DNA of 64,000 nucleotides, taken from assembly GCA_031458695.1 (NCBI GenBank), contig JAVKJW010000005.1, positions 32,001 to 96,000 on the forward strand, read 5' to 3'. This DNA is from Candidatus Thermofontivivens primus. GTDB taxonomy: Bacteria > Sysuimicrobiota > Sysuimicrobiia > Sysuimicrobiales > Thermofontiviventaceae. The notes below the pieces were generated by a model. That model made no database searches. It was not told the DNA's origin and saw only the letters and a program-made list of their open reading frames with translations. The position numbers were made by a program, and so were the translations under genes. Within the stretch, counting starts at the first letter, position 1; each line of letters begins with the position of its first letter. Positions 20,741 through 29,896 of this stretch are shown one piece after another.

Positions 20741-21058
20741 CTACTCAGTGGGCTTTTCCTCTGGAGCCGCTTTCGGCCGTGCAACCCTCGGGCGTGCCCT
20801 GCGTACAGCACGCCTGCGCACTGCTCTCCTCCCCCTCACAGCCCGTCGGCGTGCGACGCGTCGGACTGGTGCAAGCAAGGATCGACCTTTCGTTAAAGCG
20901 CCGTGGTAGCGCGTCGCATCTTGCGAAACTTGCTTCAAACGTTGAATGAGCGTTGCAAGTGCCTCTGCATTGTTCTCTAACCAGAACCTTCGGATGGACA
21001 TCTCAATTGCCACAAGGGAGTTCTCAAGCTCTTTATCAACGACTTTTGCACGTGCCAT
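20741..21058 (-). CDS. Small hypothetical protein with an Arg-rich basic C-terminal tail
   Basis: Strong RBS AGGAGGTGA upstream. Helical N-terminus followed by RRVARRRAVRGRRAVRRRAVRRARPR. Confidence 0.7.
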   Translation of the reverse strand: MARAKVVDKELENSLVAIEMSIRRFWLENNAEALATLIQRLKQVSQDATRYHGALTKGRSLLAPVRRVARRRAVRGRRAVRRRAVRRARPRVARPKAAPEEKPTE

Positions 21059-21332
21059 ACTCTGTCACCTCCTGTGATTTTCTTTCTCCAAAACGCTCCC
21101 CCTTTCCTCGTGCTTCTCCAAAAAACAGATTAACACCGAATACTGCTTCCTACAATCCAAGCGGATCATCGTCCATCAAAGAGTTGGTAAATGTCCGGGC
21201 ATATATTTTGATAAATTTGCCGTGTTGCGTCGATCATGGAAAGGAACGGATGGTTTTGTGAGTATCAAGAAGGGGTCAAACGTCATGAAGAAGAATGACA
21301 CTCACAAGAGTTGCTGAGCGGAGGGAGGGACG

Positions 21333-22970
21333 ATGCCCTATCGGATGGGCGCACACAGCTTGGCGAAGGCTTTCAGGAGAGAGGGAGTGGATTGTATCTT
21401 TACCCTCTGTGGAGGACACATCATGCCGATCTACGAGGCGTGCCTGGACGAGGGGATCCGTATCATCGACGTGCGCCATGAACAAGCTGCTGCGTTCGCG
21501 GCAGATGCCTGGGGGCGGATGAAGCGTCGGCCTGGCGTTGCGGTGGTCACTGCAGGGCCTGGGATCACGAATACCGTCACAGCCGTTGCCAACGCATTCA
21601 AGGCAGGAACGCCGCTGGTCGTGATCGGCGGACAGGCCCCTCTCCTCCGTCTAGGGAAGGGAGATCTCCAAGAACTCGATGCGTTGAGCATCCTGCGACC
21701 AATCACCTGTTGGGCCGCTCGCGCATGGACCGCTAACCGCCTTGCGGAGATGACCCACACCGCCTTTCACGAGGCAATGTCCAGGCGCGGGCCGGTTTTC
21801 CTGGAGGTCCCCATGGATGTCCTCCTCGAACCCGCCGGCGAGGAATCCCCCCAAATGCGACCAGGCCCCATGCAGCTCCATGGAGAGCCCTCCAAGGTGA
21901 AGGAGGCTGCCCAGCTCTTAGCGACCGCGGAGCGGCCTGTCCTCATGGGAGGGAGTGACCTCTGGTGGTCGGGAGCGGAGGAAAGCCTTATGCGCTTTCT
22001 CGAGGTCCTTCCCTTGCCTGTCTACCTTAACGCAATGGGGCGGGGGATGCTTCCACCCGACCATCCCTGCTTCTTTGCCCTTTCCAGAGGGTGGGCACTG
22101 CGGGAAGCCGATGTCGTCCTTCTCATCGGGACCCCCATGGACTTCCGGTTAAATTTCGGGCGGGCCTTTGGAGAGAAAGCGAAAATCGTCCAGGTGGATC
22201 GAAATCCTGGGAACATTGGACAGAATCGGGAGGTTACCATTGGAATCTGGTCGGACGCACGCCCTTTCCTGGAGCTTGTAGCAGAGGAGATCGCTGCGAT
22301 CCCCCACCGTCGGAGCTCCCGCTCCTGGGTAGAGGCTGTCCGGCAGATCGAGCAACAACGACGGCAGGAACGGATCCCTCTCGAGGAATCCGAAGCAATC
22401 CCCATTCATCCACTTCGCCTGGCCAGGGAGCTTGCAGATGTTTGTAGTGAAAACACGATCTTTGTCGGGGATGGCGGAGATGTGGTGTCGATCGCGGCGA
22501 CGATCATTCACCCGTACCGGCCAGGGCATTGGCTTGATCCGGGGCCGATGGGCACCCTTGGGATGGGCGTTCCTTTTGCTCTCGCGAGTAAGCTGGCCTA
22601 TCCGGAGAAAGAAGTGATTGCGCTCTTTGGCGATGGGGCTATCGGGTTCTCCATCATGGAGTACGATACCGCCGTGCGCCATGGAATTCCCTTCATTGGG
22701 ATTGTCGGCAACAACGGGCAGTGGGCGCAGATCCGGTATGGCCAGGTTAGCATGTTCGGGGAAGAGCGTGCCGTCGCTACGAAGCTGCGAGTGGCGCGAT
22801 ATGAGCAGGTCGTGGAGGCATTGGGGGGCTATGGGGAGTACATTGAAGATCCGCGGGAGATCCGGCCTGCCCTCGAGCGCGCACGAGCATCGGGAAAGCC
22901 GGCGCTCCTCAACGTCCGGCTGGATGAGACGTACTACAGTGACGCGACAAAACGCCTCTATAAGCTCTGA
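21333..22970 (+). CDS. Thiamine pyrophosphate enzyme (acetolactate synthase-like / 2-hydroxyacyl-CoA lyase-like)
   Basis: RHEQAAAFAADA, TAGPGITN and the TPP motif GDGAIG...NN. Confidence 0.85.
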   Translation: MPYRMGAHSLAKAFRREGVDCIFTLCGGHIMPIYEACLDEGIRIIDVRHEQAAAFAADAWGRMKRRPGVAVVTAGPGITNTVTAVANAFKAGTPLVVIGGQAPLLRLGKGDLQELDALSILRPITCWAARAWTANRLAEMTHTAFHEAMSRRGPVFLEVPMDVLLEPAGEESPQMRPGPMQLHGEPSKVKEAAQLLATAERPVLMGGSDLWWSGAEESLMRFLEVLPLPVYLNAMGRGMLPPDHPCFFALSRGWALREADVVLLIGTPMDFRLNFGRAFGEKAKIVQVDRNPGNIGQNREVTIGIWSDARPFLELVAEEIAAIPHRRSSRSWVEAVRQIEQQRRQERIPLEESEAIPIHPLRLARELADVCSENTIFVGDGGDVVSIAATIIHPYRPGHWLDPGPMGTLGMGVPFALASKLAYPEKEVIALFGDGAIGFSIMEYDTAVRHGIPFIGIVGNNGQWAQIRYGQVSMFGEERAVATKLRVARYEQVVEALGGYGEYIEDPREIRPALERARASGKPALLNVRLDETYYSDATKRLYKL

Positions 22971-22998
22971 GAAATGTGATCCCAATCGAAGGATCGCC

Positions 22999-23093
22999 GG
23001 AGGGGGATGGGGCCTGGTGGTCCTCCTGGTCTTCAAAACCAGTGACGAGCCTGGATGGCCCGTGGTGGGTTCGATTCCCACACCCCTCCGCCA
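22999..23093 (+). tRNA. selC: tRNA-Sec (anticodon TCA)
   Basis: 95 nt with extended acceptor stem, 6-bp D stem, CTGGT-CTTCAAA-ACCAG anticodon arm, long variable arm, GGTTCGATTCC and GCCA end. Near selA and selB. Confidence 0.95.
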
Positions 23094-23142
23094 GAGGGTC
23101 TCTGCGCACCTTTGCTGAAAAATTTTGCTGAGGAGTGATCGC

Positions 23143-23619
23143 ATGGACGAGATGGCCATTCAAGACTTCTATCCTGACGAGCTGAACTATTGCTATGGGT
23201 GTGGCCAGCTCAACGCGGATGGCCTGAAGCTAAGGAGTTTCTGGATAGGGGAGGAGGCGGTCGCCCAATTCACGCCTCGTTCCTACCACACCGCCATCCC
23301 TGGCTACGTCTACGGGGGGCTCATTGCTTCCTTGATCGATTGCCACAGTACAGCGACCGCTGCCGCGGCGAGCTACCAAGCAGAAGGACGGGAGATGGGG
23401 ACGGAGCCACCATTTCGATTCGTCACAGCATCGCTCCACGTGGACTATCTCCGCCCTGTTCCCATGGGTGTAGTGCTGGAGATCCGGGGACGGGTGAAAG
23501 AACTCAAGGGACGGAAGGCTGTTGTACAATCCGAGGTGTTCGCCAATGACGAGGTTTGCGCCCGCGGGGAAGTGGTTGTAGTGCAGCTCCCCGAGCACAT
23601 GGTCCCGAAGAAATCTTAA
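23143..23619 (+). CDS. PaaI/hot-dog fold thioesterase
   Basis: CYGCG, YGGLIASLIDCH and VTASLHVDYLRP motifs. Confidence 0.85.
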   Translation: MDEMAIQDFYPDELNYCYGCGQLNADGLKLRSFWIGEEAVAQFTPRSYHTAIPGYVYGGLIASLIDCHSTATAAAASYQAEGREMGTEPPFRFVTASLHVDYLRPVPMGVVLEIRGRVKELKGRKAVVQSEVFANDEVCARGEVVVVQLPEHMVPKKS

Positions 23620-23733
23620 CCTGCAGTACCCCGAAAAACCTCTTTTGGCTTTGGCCAGCCTCTTCTTCCACAGGGTCCTGATCAAGATACCCGCATTCGT
23701 GGGAACAGGAAGCAGGAAGCGCTTCGCATCGCC

Positions 23734-24459
23734 CTACTGCGCTTTTCGTTCCTTGAGCAAGCGAAGTAGGGGAATTTCCTTGAGCAGCTTCTCGCTGATG
23801 TATTGCCAGAGGATGCCAGGAGGGCGTGGTCTGGAGGTCCGGGTTTCAATGACCTGGGTAGGAGTCACGATCCAATCGACGGGCACATCGTAGGGATCAA
23901 GGTCGATCTCTTCCACTACTTGGACATCGTGTACCGTCGTCACGATGGGCGTCCGCTCGTCGACAAGACCAAGCTCGCATAGGATGGCAAATTCTAGCTC
24001 GCTGTAGCCTTCCCCTTTGCCAATCCGCGCCCCATCGGGCGTCACAGCCACCGAGCCGACCACGATGAGGTACGGCCGAGGGAGGTTGTCAAGTCCTGCC
24101 TCCTTTCCGTAGTGGAATGCACCTTTGATCGTTGCAGCTTCCTCGAGCCTGGGCTGGGGGATCTCCCGGGGATCCAGGATCAGGAACCCAGACCGTAGAC
24201 GGGGTGCTGGCATGAGCACTTCCTTCCCTGCTCGCAGGGCCAACCGACGTATCGGAAGTTGCGGGGCGTCTGGATTGACCTTCACGCGTGTGGCTTTTCG
24301 AAAGATGTCAAGCTCTGCAAGGCGCCGTGCAGCTTCTTCTGCCCCAGCGAAGTTAGGAATGCGGCCATAGACAGGGCGAGGGAAACGGGCGATCCCCTCC
24401 CGCTCCATCCGGCTCCAGATACGCCTGCGGATGTCCTCCTTAGACGCCATCAGGAACAT
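23734..24459 (-). CDS. 5-formyltetrahydrofolate cyclo-ligase family protein
   Basis: GRIPNFAGA, VKVNPDAPQ, RIGKGEGY and DVPVDWIVTP motifs. ATG at 24459 follows GGAGG. Confidence 0.85.
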   Translation of the reverse strand: MFLMASKEDIRRRIWSRMEREGIARFPRPVYGRIPNFAGAEEAARRLAELDIFRKATRVKVNPDAPQLPIRRLALRAGKEVLMPAPRLRSGFLILDPREIPQPRLEEAATIKGAFHYGKEAGLDNLPRPYLIVVGSVAVTPDGARIGKGEGYSELEFAILCELGLVDERTPIVTTVHDVQVVEEIDLDPYDVPVDWIVTPTQVIETRTSRPRPPGILWQYISEKLLKEIPLLRLLKERKAQ

Positions 24460-24511
24460 GGTTCGGCCTCCACTCCTGCGTTCCTCCAGCGGGCTCTCTC
24501 CAGTTCCGCGT

Positions 24512-24748
24512 TTACCCATCCAGGAGCTCGAAGACGCTGGAAAAGACACTGGGCTTGTAGGGGTAGCCACAGAGCGTGCAGGTTCCAGTGGCATCCCGCA
24601 GGACCATACCGCAAGCAGGACAGTTGGTGAGGAGGGGAACGCCACAGACGGGACAGAAATCGGGGAACCCACGAGGGTCACTCGCACTCCATGTGAACGC
24701 GCACGCTGGATCAGGACATACAGCAAAGAACTCGAGTGACCTCGCCAT
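24512..24748 (-). CDS. Small multi-zinc-ribbon protein
   Basis: Four Cys pairs: CPDPAC, CPVC, CPAC, CTLC. Confidence 0.65.
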   Translation of the reverse strand: MARSLEFFAVCPDPACAFTWSASDPRGFPDFCPVCGVPLLTNCPACGMVLRDATGTCTLCGYPYKPSVFSSVFELLDG

Positions 24749-24949
24749 CTCTTACCCCATGACAAACTCCGAGTGGAAGGACCTCCTCCTTTGCATACAA
24801 TCGGCCCTTGAACCACCGACTTGAACCTCCTGCGCATCACTCCATCCCCTTTCTCTATGGGGGATCCCCAGGGATTTTAACCAATATCCGTTCATGTCGT
24901 GTGGTGTTCGTCCGATCATTATGAGATGAGAACACCGGAGGATGGGGGA

Positions 24950-25432
24950 ATGGCAAGGTACAGGAGTCGCCTCCCAGTTAAGGAATTCCAAGTCATCCAC
25001 CGGTTCTGCCTGCACAAACCGGGGAATGTCCGGCGATTCCTGGGCCTCTCCTCCCGGGAGGCGCACGAGCTCAGTGGCCTCGCTCTCGCCGGGGTCGTGA
25101 ACACCTCGGATGAGGTCATCTATATTGACCACTGCTTGAGTGAACCTGAGAAAGAATTCACAGAAATCCACGAGCTCGTGCACGCGCGGCGCCAGATAAA
25201 CGGGGAGGAGCTCCAGGATTACGATCTTGAGGAGATCTACGTGGAGCTGGAGACGATCGCCCGCACCCGTAGGCCTACGTTGTTGAGCCTTTTCCCGAAT
25301 ACCCTCCTCATTCTCCTCCACGACTACCTTACCGAAAGGGGCCGCCTGAAACCGGATCGGAAGCAAGATCTTGCCAAGATTTACAGGAAGATCGAGGCTC
25401 TCATTGCCCTCATGTGCCCTGGGCGTTCCTAA
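24950..25432 (+). CDS. Hypothetical protein with a HExxH zincin motif (ImmA/IrrE-like)
   Basis: IYIDHCLSEPEKEFTEIHELVH; purine-rich RBS upstream. Confidence 0.55.
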   Translation: MARYRSRLPVKEFQVIHRFCLHKPGNVRRFLGLSSREAHELSGLALAGVVNTSDEVIYIDHCLSEPEKEFTEIHELVHARRQINGEELQDYDLEEIYVELETIARTRRPTLLSLFPNTLLILLHDYLTERGRLKPDRKQDLAKIYRKIEALIALMCPGRS

Positions 25433-25555
25433 GGTGGGCCAAAGGATCTATAGGCTTCTTCCTTTCCCCTTTGTAAAACTAGTTTCCACCGGAGCCTTGC
25501 TGCCAAAAGATTTGGCTGGGGTTCCATTGTTTGTTATGGTATAATTTGGGAAGCT

Positions 25556-26905
25556 ATGGAAAGGAAGTTCTGTATCATCACCTATGGCTGCCAGATGAAT
25601 GTCCGGGACTCGGAGGCAATGGCCGGGATCCTCCTCCAGATGGGGTATAACCCCACGGAGGACCCCGAGGAAGCCGACGTGATCCTCCTCAACACCTGTA
25701 CCGTGCGGGAAGGCGCTGAGGAACGAGCTTACGGACGGATCAACGAACTGCATGCTCTCAAGCGCCGCAAACCCCACCTCATCATTGGCATGGCTGGGTG
25801 CATCCCTCAGAAGGACCGGGAGCGTGTCTTCGCAAAAGCTCCTCACGTTGACCTCGTGTTCGGCGTCCACAACATCCATCGTCTCCCTGAGCTCCTCCGG
25901 CAGGCGAAGGAGGGATGCATGCCTGTGTACGAGGTCTACAGGAGGCCTCCAGAGGACCTCCCCCGTCTTCCTGCCCTGCGGAAGAACAAGATCAAGGCCT
26001 ACGTGAATATCATCCACGGGTGCAACAAGTGGTGCACCTTCTGTATCGTCCCCCTCACGCGCGGACCCGAACGAAGCATCCCTCCTGACCAGGTGCTCGC
26101 GGAGATCGAAGAGCTTGCCAGGGAGGGCTACAAAGAAGTTACCCTCCTTGGCCAAAATGTGGACTCCTATGGCCACGATCTACGGCCCAAGGTGGATCTC
26201 GCGGACCTGCTCACCATGGTCCACGACGTTGAGGGGATCCAGCGCATCCGGTTCACAACCTCTCATCCCCGGGACATGACGCTGAAGCTCATCAAGACGG
26301 TGGCTGCCCTGCCGAAGGTCTGTGAGCACATCCACCTCCCTATCCAAGCAGGGGATGACCTGGTTCTCTCCCGGATGCGTAGGGGGTACACCGTGGCGCA
26401 GTACAAGGAGATCGTCGCCGCCATCCGGGAGCACATCCCTGGGGTCAGCATCACCACGGATGTGATTGTGGGGTTCCCTGGAGAGACAGAGGAACAATTC
26501 GAGAATACCCTCCAGCTTTTGGAGGAGATCCGGTTCGATGCCGTCAACAGTGCGATGTATTCCCCGCGCGAGTACACCCGGGCGGCCACCTTCCCGGACC
26601 AGATCGATGAGGAGACTAAGAAACGCCGGCTGTGGAGGCTGAACTCCCTCCAGGAACGCATCGCCCTTGAAATCAACCGTGAGCTCGTGGGAACGCGCCA
26701 GGAGGTTCTTCTGGAAGGCAAAGGGGAAAAGGGAGGCCTTGTTGGTCGGACTCGCACGAACAAAGTCGTTGTAGTAGAGGGAGATGGCTTCCATCTGGAA
26801 GATGGAGACAAGCTTGCGGGGCAGACAGTTGACGTCTTCATCACGGACGCAGGTTCCTGGGTCCTCCGCGGGCGCCTAGTCAAAGGATCCCTCGTTGCAG
26901 TATAA
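25556..26905 (+). CDS. miaB: tRNA-2-methylthio-N6-dimethylallyladenosine synthase
   Basis: YGCQMN, NTCTVRE, GCNKWCTFCIVP and a TRAM domain. Confidence 0.95.
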   Translation: MERKFCIITYGCQMNVRDSEAMAGILLQMGYNPTEDPEEADVILLNTCTVREGAEERAYGRINELHALKRRKPHLIIGMAGCIPQKDRERVFAKAPHVDLVFGVHNIHRLPELLRQAKEGCMPVYEVYRRPPEDLPRLPALRKNKIKAYVNIIHGCNKWCTFCIVPLTRGPERSIPPDQVLAEIEELAREGYKEVTLLGQNVDSYGHDLRPKVDLADLLTMVHDVEGIQRIRFTTSHPRDMTLKLIKTVAALPKVCEHIHLPIQAGDDLVLSRMRRGYTVAQYKEIVAAIREHIPGVSITTDVIVGFPGETEEQFENTLQLLEEIRFDAVNSAMYSPREYTRAATFPDQIDEETKKRRLWRLNSLQERIALEINRELVGTRQEVLLEGKGEKGGLVGRTRTNKVVVVEGDGFHLEDGDKLAGQTVDVFITDAGSWVLRGRLVKGSLVAV

Positions 26906-27109
26906 GGATCCCACCGACCTCTTTTGGTAAGATTTCGCTGGGCTGCGTAGCGTTGCTCCCTTCTGGGAAGATTTCCGCACTTGCGCTTGCACATCTCTCT
27001 ACTGGCCAAGCGGAGGATTTCGGAAGGAAACCACGAATTCTCATCCCAAGGCACCCACGGGAGAGGGCCTGAGCTCATTGCAGGAAGGGAGGCGGGAGGT
27101 CCGAGATCG

Positions 27110-29896
27110 TTGACGGAACGCGTCACTCCTATGCTCGAGCAGTACCGCCGCTTGAAGTCGCGGCACCCAGACGCTCTTCTTTTATTCCGCCTGGGTGATT
27201 TCTACGAGCTCTTTGAGGAAGATGCCCGCATCGCCGCGCGTGAACTCCAGCTCGTGCTCACGTCACGGTCGTTCAGCAAGGATGTGCGGCTCCCCATGTG
27301 CGGCGTCCCCCACCACTCTGTAACCTCCTACATCGCCCGCCTGATCGAACGAGGATACAAAGTAGCAGTCGTCGAGCAGTTGGAGGATCCCAGGAAGGCG
27401 AGAGGGCTCGTGAAACGGGATATCGTCCGGGTGATTACCCCCGGGACGGTGGTGGAGGAAGAGCTGCTCAAGGGATACCGGGAGAATTTCCTCGTAGCCA
27501 TCGCCCACAGGAAGCAAGGATATGGGCTCTCCTTCGTGGATCTTTCCACGGGCGAGTTCGCCACCTGCCAGATCACCGGGCCGGGGGCCTGGGATCTCCT
27601 GATCGAAGAACTCCACCGCTTGCGACCGAGCGAATACATTCTCCCCGAGGGCCTCAGCCGCGATGAACGAGTCCGGCAAACGCTCCTTGAGATCGGCCCT
27701 GCGCGTATCTCCCCCCTTGACGAGAAAGCGTTCGATCCCGAGATTGCGCGCGCCCGCCTCCTGGAACACTTTGGGGTGCTCTCCCTGGAAGCTTTTGGGT
27801 GTGCAGAGCTTCCGTTGGCCATCGCCGCGAGCGGAGCGATCCTCCAATACCTGAAAGAGAATCAACCCTCTGCCTTCCTGGATCCTCGCATCCAAGGGCA
27901 ATCCCTCATGCACCTCCAACGCCTCGTCACGTACTCCCCTGAAGGATACATGCTCCTGGATGGGATCACTCGGCGCAACCTAGAGCTGACGGAGAGCCTG
28001 CGCGATGGAACCACCCAGGGAAGCCTCCTTGATGTGCTGGATCATACCGTCACTCCCATGGGCAGGCGTCTCCTGCGAAGGTGGATCAATCAACCCCTTC
28101 TCGATCTCTCTCAGATCCACGAGCGCCTGGACGCGGTTGGGGAGCTCGTGGAGGACAACCTGTTCCGTGGGGACCTGGGTGCCGCCCTTGAGGGGATGTC
28201 CGATGTGGAACGACTGACAGGCCGCATTGGGTTTGGGACTGCCAACGCCAGGGATCTCGTCGCCCTCAAGCGATCCCTCTTGCGCCTTCCCAGAATCAAG
28301 GAGGTGCTCCAGGGGGCGCGCACTGGACGGTTGGTCTTCCTACGAGAGAACCTGGATGACCTCCAGGATGTCTGCCGAACCATCGAGGAGGCCATTGTAG
28401 AGGATCCTCCCATCCAGCTCAAGGAAGGGGGGTTGATCAAGCCAGGATACAGCGCCGACCTGGATCACCTCCGGGAGGTGGCTGCGCGGGGGAAAGGCTG
28501 GCTGGCGGAATTGGAGGCAGCCGAGCGGGCCCGTACCGGGATCAAGGGGCTACGGATCCGGTATAATGAGGTCTTCGGCTTCTTCCTCGAGGTGCCCAGG
28601 AGCCAGAGCCACCTTGTCCCTCCGGAGTACGAGCGTCGGGCAACGATTACGCACGCCGAACGCTTCATCACTCCTGCGCTGCGCGCCAAAGAGGGAGAGA
28701 TCTTGGGGGCGGAGGAACGGATCAGGGAGCTCGAGTACGAGCTCTTCGTGGAAGTTCGCACTAGGGTGGCGAGGGAGGTCGCACGCCTCCAGGAAACGGC
28801 AAGGATCTTGGCTGAGCTTGACGTGCTTGCCTCTCTGGCAGAGGCCGCAGCGCGATATGGGTATGTGAAGCCAATCGTCGATGAGGGCGATGAGATCGAG
28901 ATCCGGGAGGGACGCCACCCCGTGGTGGAGCGCTATCTCCCAGAAGGGAAGCGGTTCGTCCCGAACGATACCATGCTCAACCTCACCCATCACCGCCTGA
29001 TCCTCCTCACCGGGCCCAACATGTCAGGCAAATCGGTGTACATCCGGCAGGTCGCCTTGATCGTATTGATGGCCCAGATGGGGAGCTTTGTCCCAGCTTC
29101 CCACGCCCGGATCGGGCTTGTGGACCGCATCTTCAGCCGAGTGGGGGCGACGGACGACATCTCGCAAGGGAGGAGCACTTTCCTTGTGGAGATGAGCGAG
29201 ACGAGTTATATCCTACACCACGCAACTACCCGGAGTCTTGTCATTCTTGATGAAGTAGGGAGGGGTACAAGCACCTACGATGGGATCAGCCTCGCCTGGG
29301 CGGTGGCGGAGTACTTGCACAACCACATCGGTGCGAAAACGCTCTTTGCCACGCACTTCCACGAGCTGACTCGCCTCGCTGGCAAGACAGGGGAGGAGGG
29401 GAGGTCCGGGCAACTTGGCAAGAGGGTCGGCAGAAGGTTCGTTCCCATGCCGCACCCTCAACTCCCAGGAGCGAAGAACTACACCATGGCTGTGAAGGAG
29501 CAGGGAAGCGAGATCCTCTTCCTGTACCGGGTGATCCCAGGGACCACGGATCGGAGCTACGGGATCCATGTGGCTCAGCTTGCCGGCCTTCCTGCTCCAG
29601 TGATCTCCAGGGCTCAGGAGATCCTCCAGATACTGGAACGGGCGAACGGCGCGGTTCCGCTCAGAGAGGGAGAAGGGGAAGTGATCCCATTCCCGCGGGT
29701 CGACGAGGCGCGCGGGAAGGTCTTGGATACCCTCGCCAGCGTGGACATTGCATCGACGACCCCTCTTGAGGCGTTGAACCTCTTGTATCATTTGCAGCAA
29801 CAGGTTCGTGAGGCCAGGGTCCAGGGGATGGAGCACCTCAGGAGGGGACCTCGCCAAGATCTCCCGAGAGATTTTGGTGAGGTGGCACCGCGATGA
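27110..29896 (+). CDS. mutS: DNA mismatch repair protein MutS
   Basis: TPMLEQY, FRLGDFYELF, TGPNMSGKS, DEVGRGT and SYGIHVA. TTG start after GGGAGG. Confidence 0.97.
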   Translation: MTERVTPMLEQYRRLKSRHPDALLLFRLGDFYELFEEDARIAARELQLVLTSRSFSKDVRLPMCGVPHHSVTSYIARLIERGYKVAVVEQLEDPRKARGLVKRDIVRVITPGTVVEEELLKGYRENFLVAIAHRKQGYGLSFVDLSTGEFATCQITGPGAWDLLIEELHRLRPSEYILPEGLSRDERVRQTLLEIGPARISPLDEKAFDPEIARARLLEHFGVLSLEAFGCAELPLAIAASGAILQYLKENQPSAFLDPRIQGQSLMHLQRLVTYSPEGYMLLDGITRRNLELTESLRDGTTQGSLLDVLDHTVTPMGRRLLRRWINQPLLDLSQIHERLDAVGELVEDNLFRGDLGAALEGMSDVERLTGRIGFGTANARDLVALKRSLLRLPRIKEVLQGARTGRLVFLRENLDDLQDVCRTIEEAIVEDPPIQLKEGGLIKPGYSADLDHLREVAARGKGWLAELEAAERARTGIKGLRIRYNEVFGFFLEVPRSQSHLVPPEYERRATITHAERFITPALRAKEGEILGAEERIRELEYELFVEVRTRVAREVARLQETARILAELDVLASLAEAAARYGYVKPIVDEGDEIEIREGRHPVVERYLPEGKRFVPNDTMLNLTHHRLILLTGPNMSGKSVYIRQVALIVLMAQMGSFVPASHARIGLVDRIFSRVGATDDISQGRSTFLVEMSETSYILHHATTRSLVILDEVGRGTSTYDGISLAWAVAEYLHNHIGAKTLFATHFHELTRLAGKTGEEGRSGQLGKRVGRRFVPMPHPQLPGAKNYTMAVKEQGSEILFLYRVIPGTTDRSYGIHVAQLAGLPAPVISRAQEILQILERANGAVPLREGEGEVIPFPRVDEARGKVLDTLASVDIASTTPLEALNLLYHLQQQVREARVQGMEHLRRGPRQDLPRDFGEVAPR

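Noticed and set aside
24750..24900. 6S RNA upstream of the 5-formyl-THF cyclo-ligase gene
   Set aside because: Only GGTTCAAG words and a short hairpin on the minus strand; no long closing stem seen.
29380..29465. Repeat-derived or intein insertion in the MutS ATPase domain
   Set aside because: A short insertion seems present, but similarity to the repeat family is too weak and it has no intein motifs.
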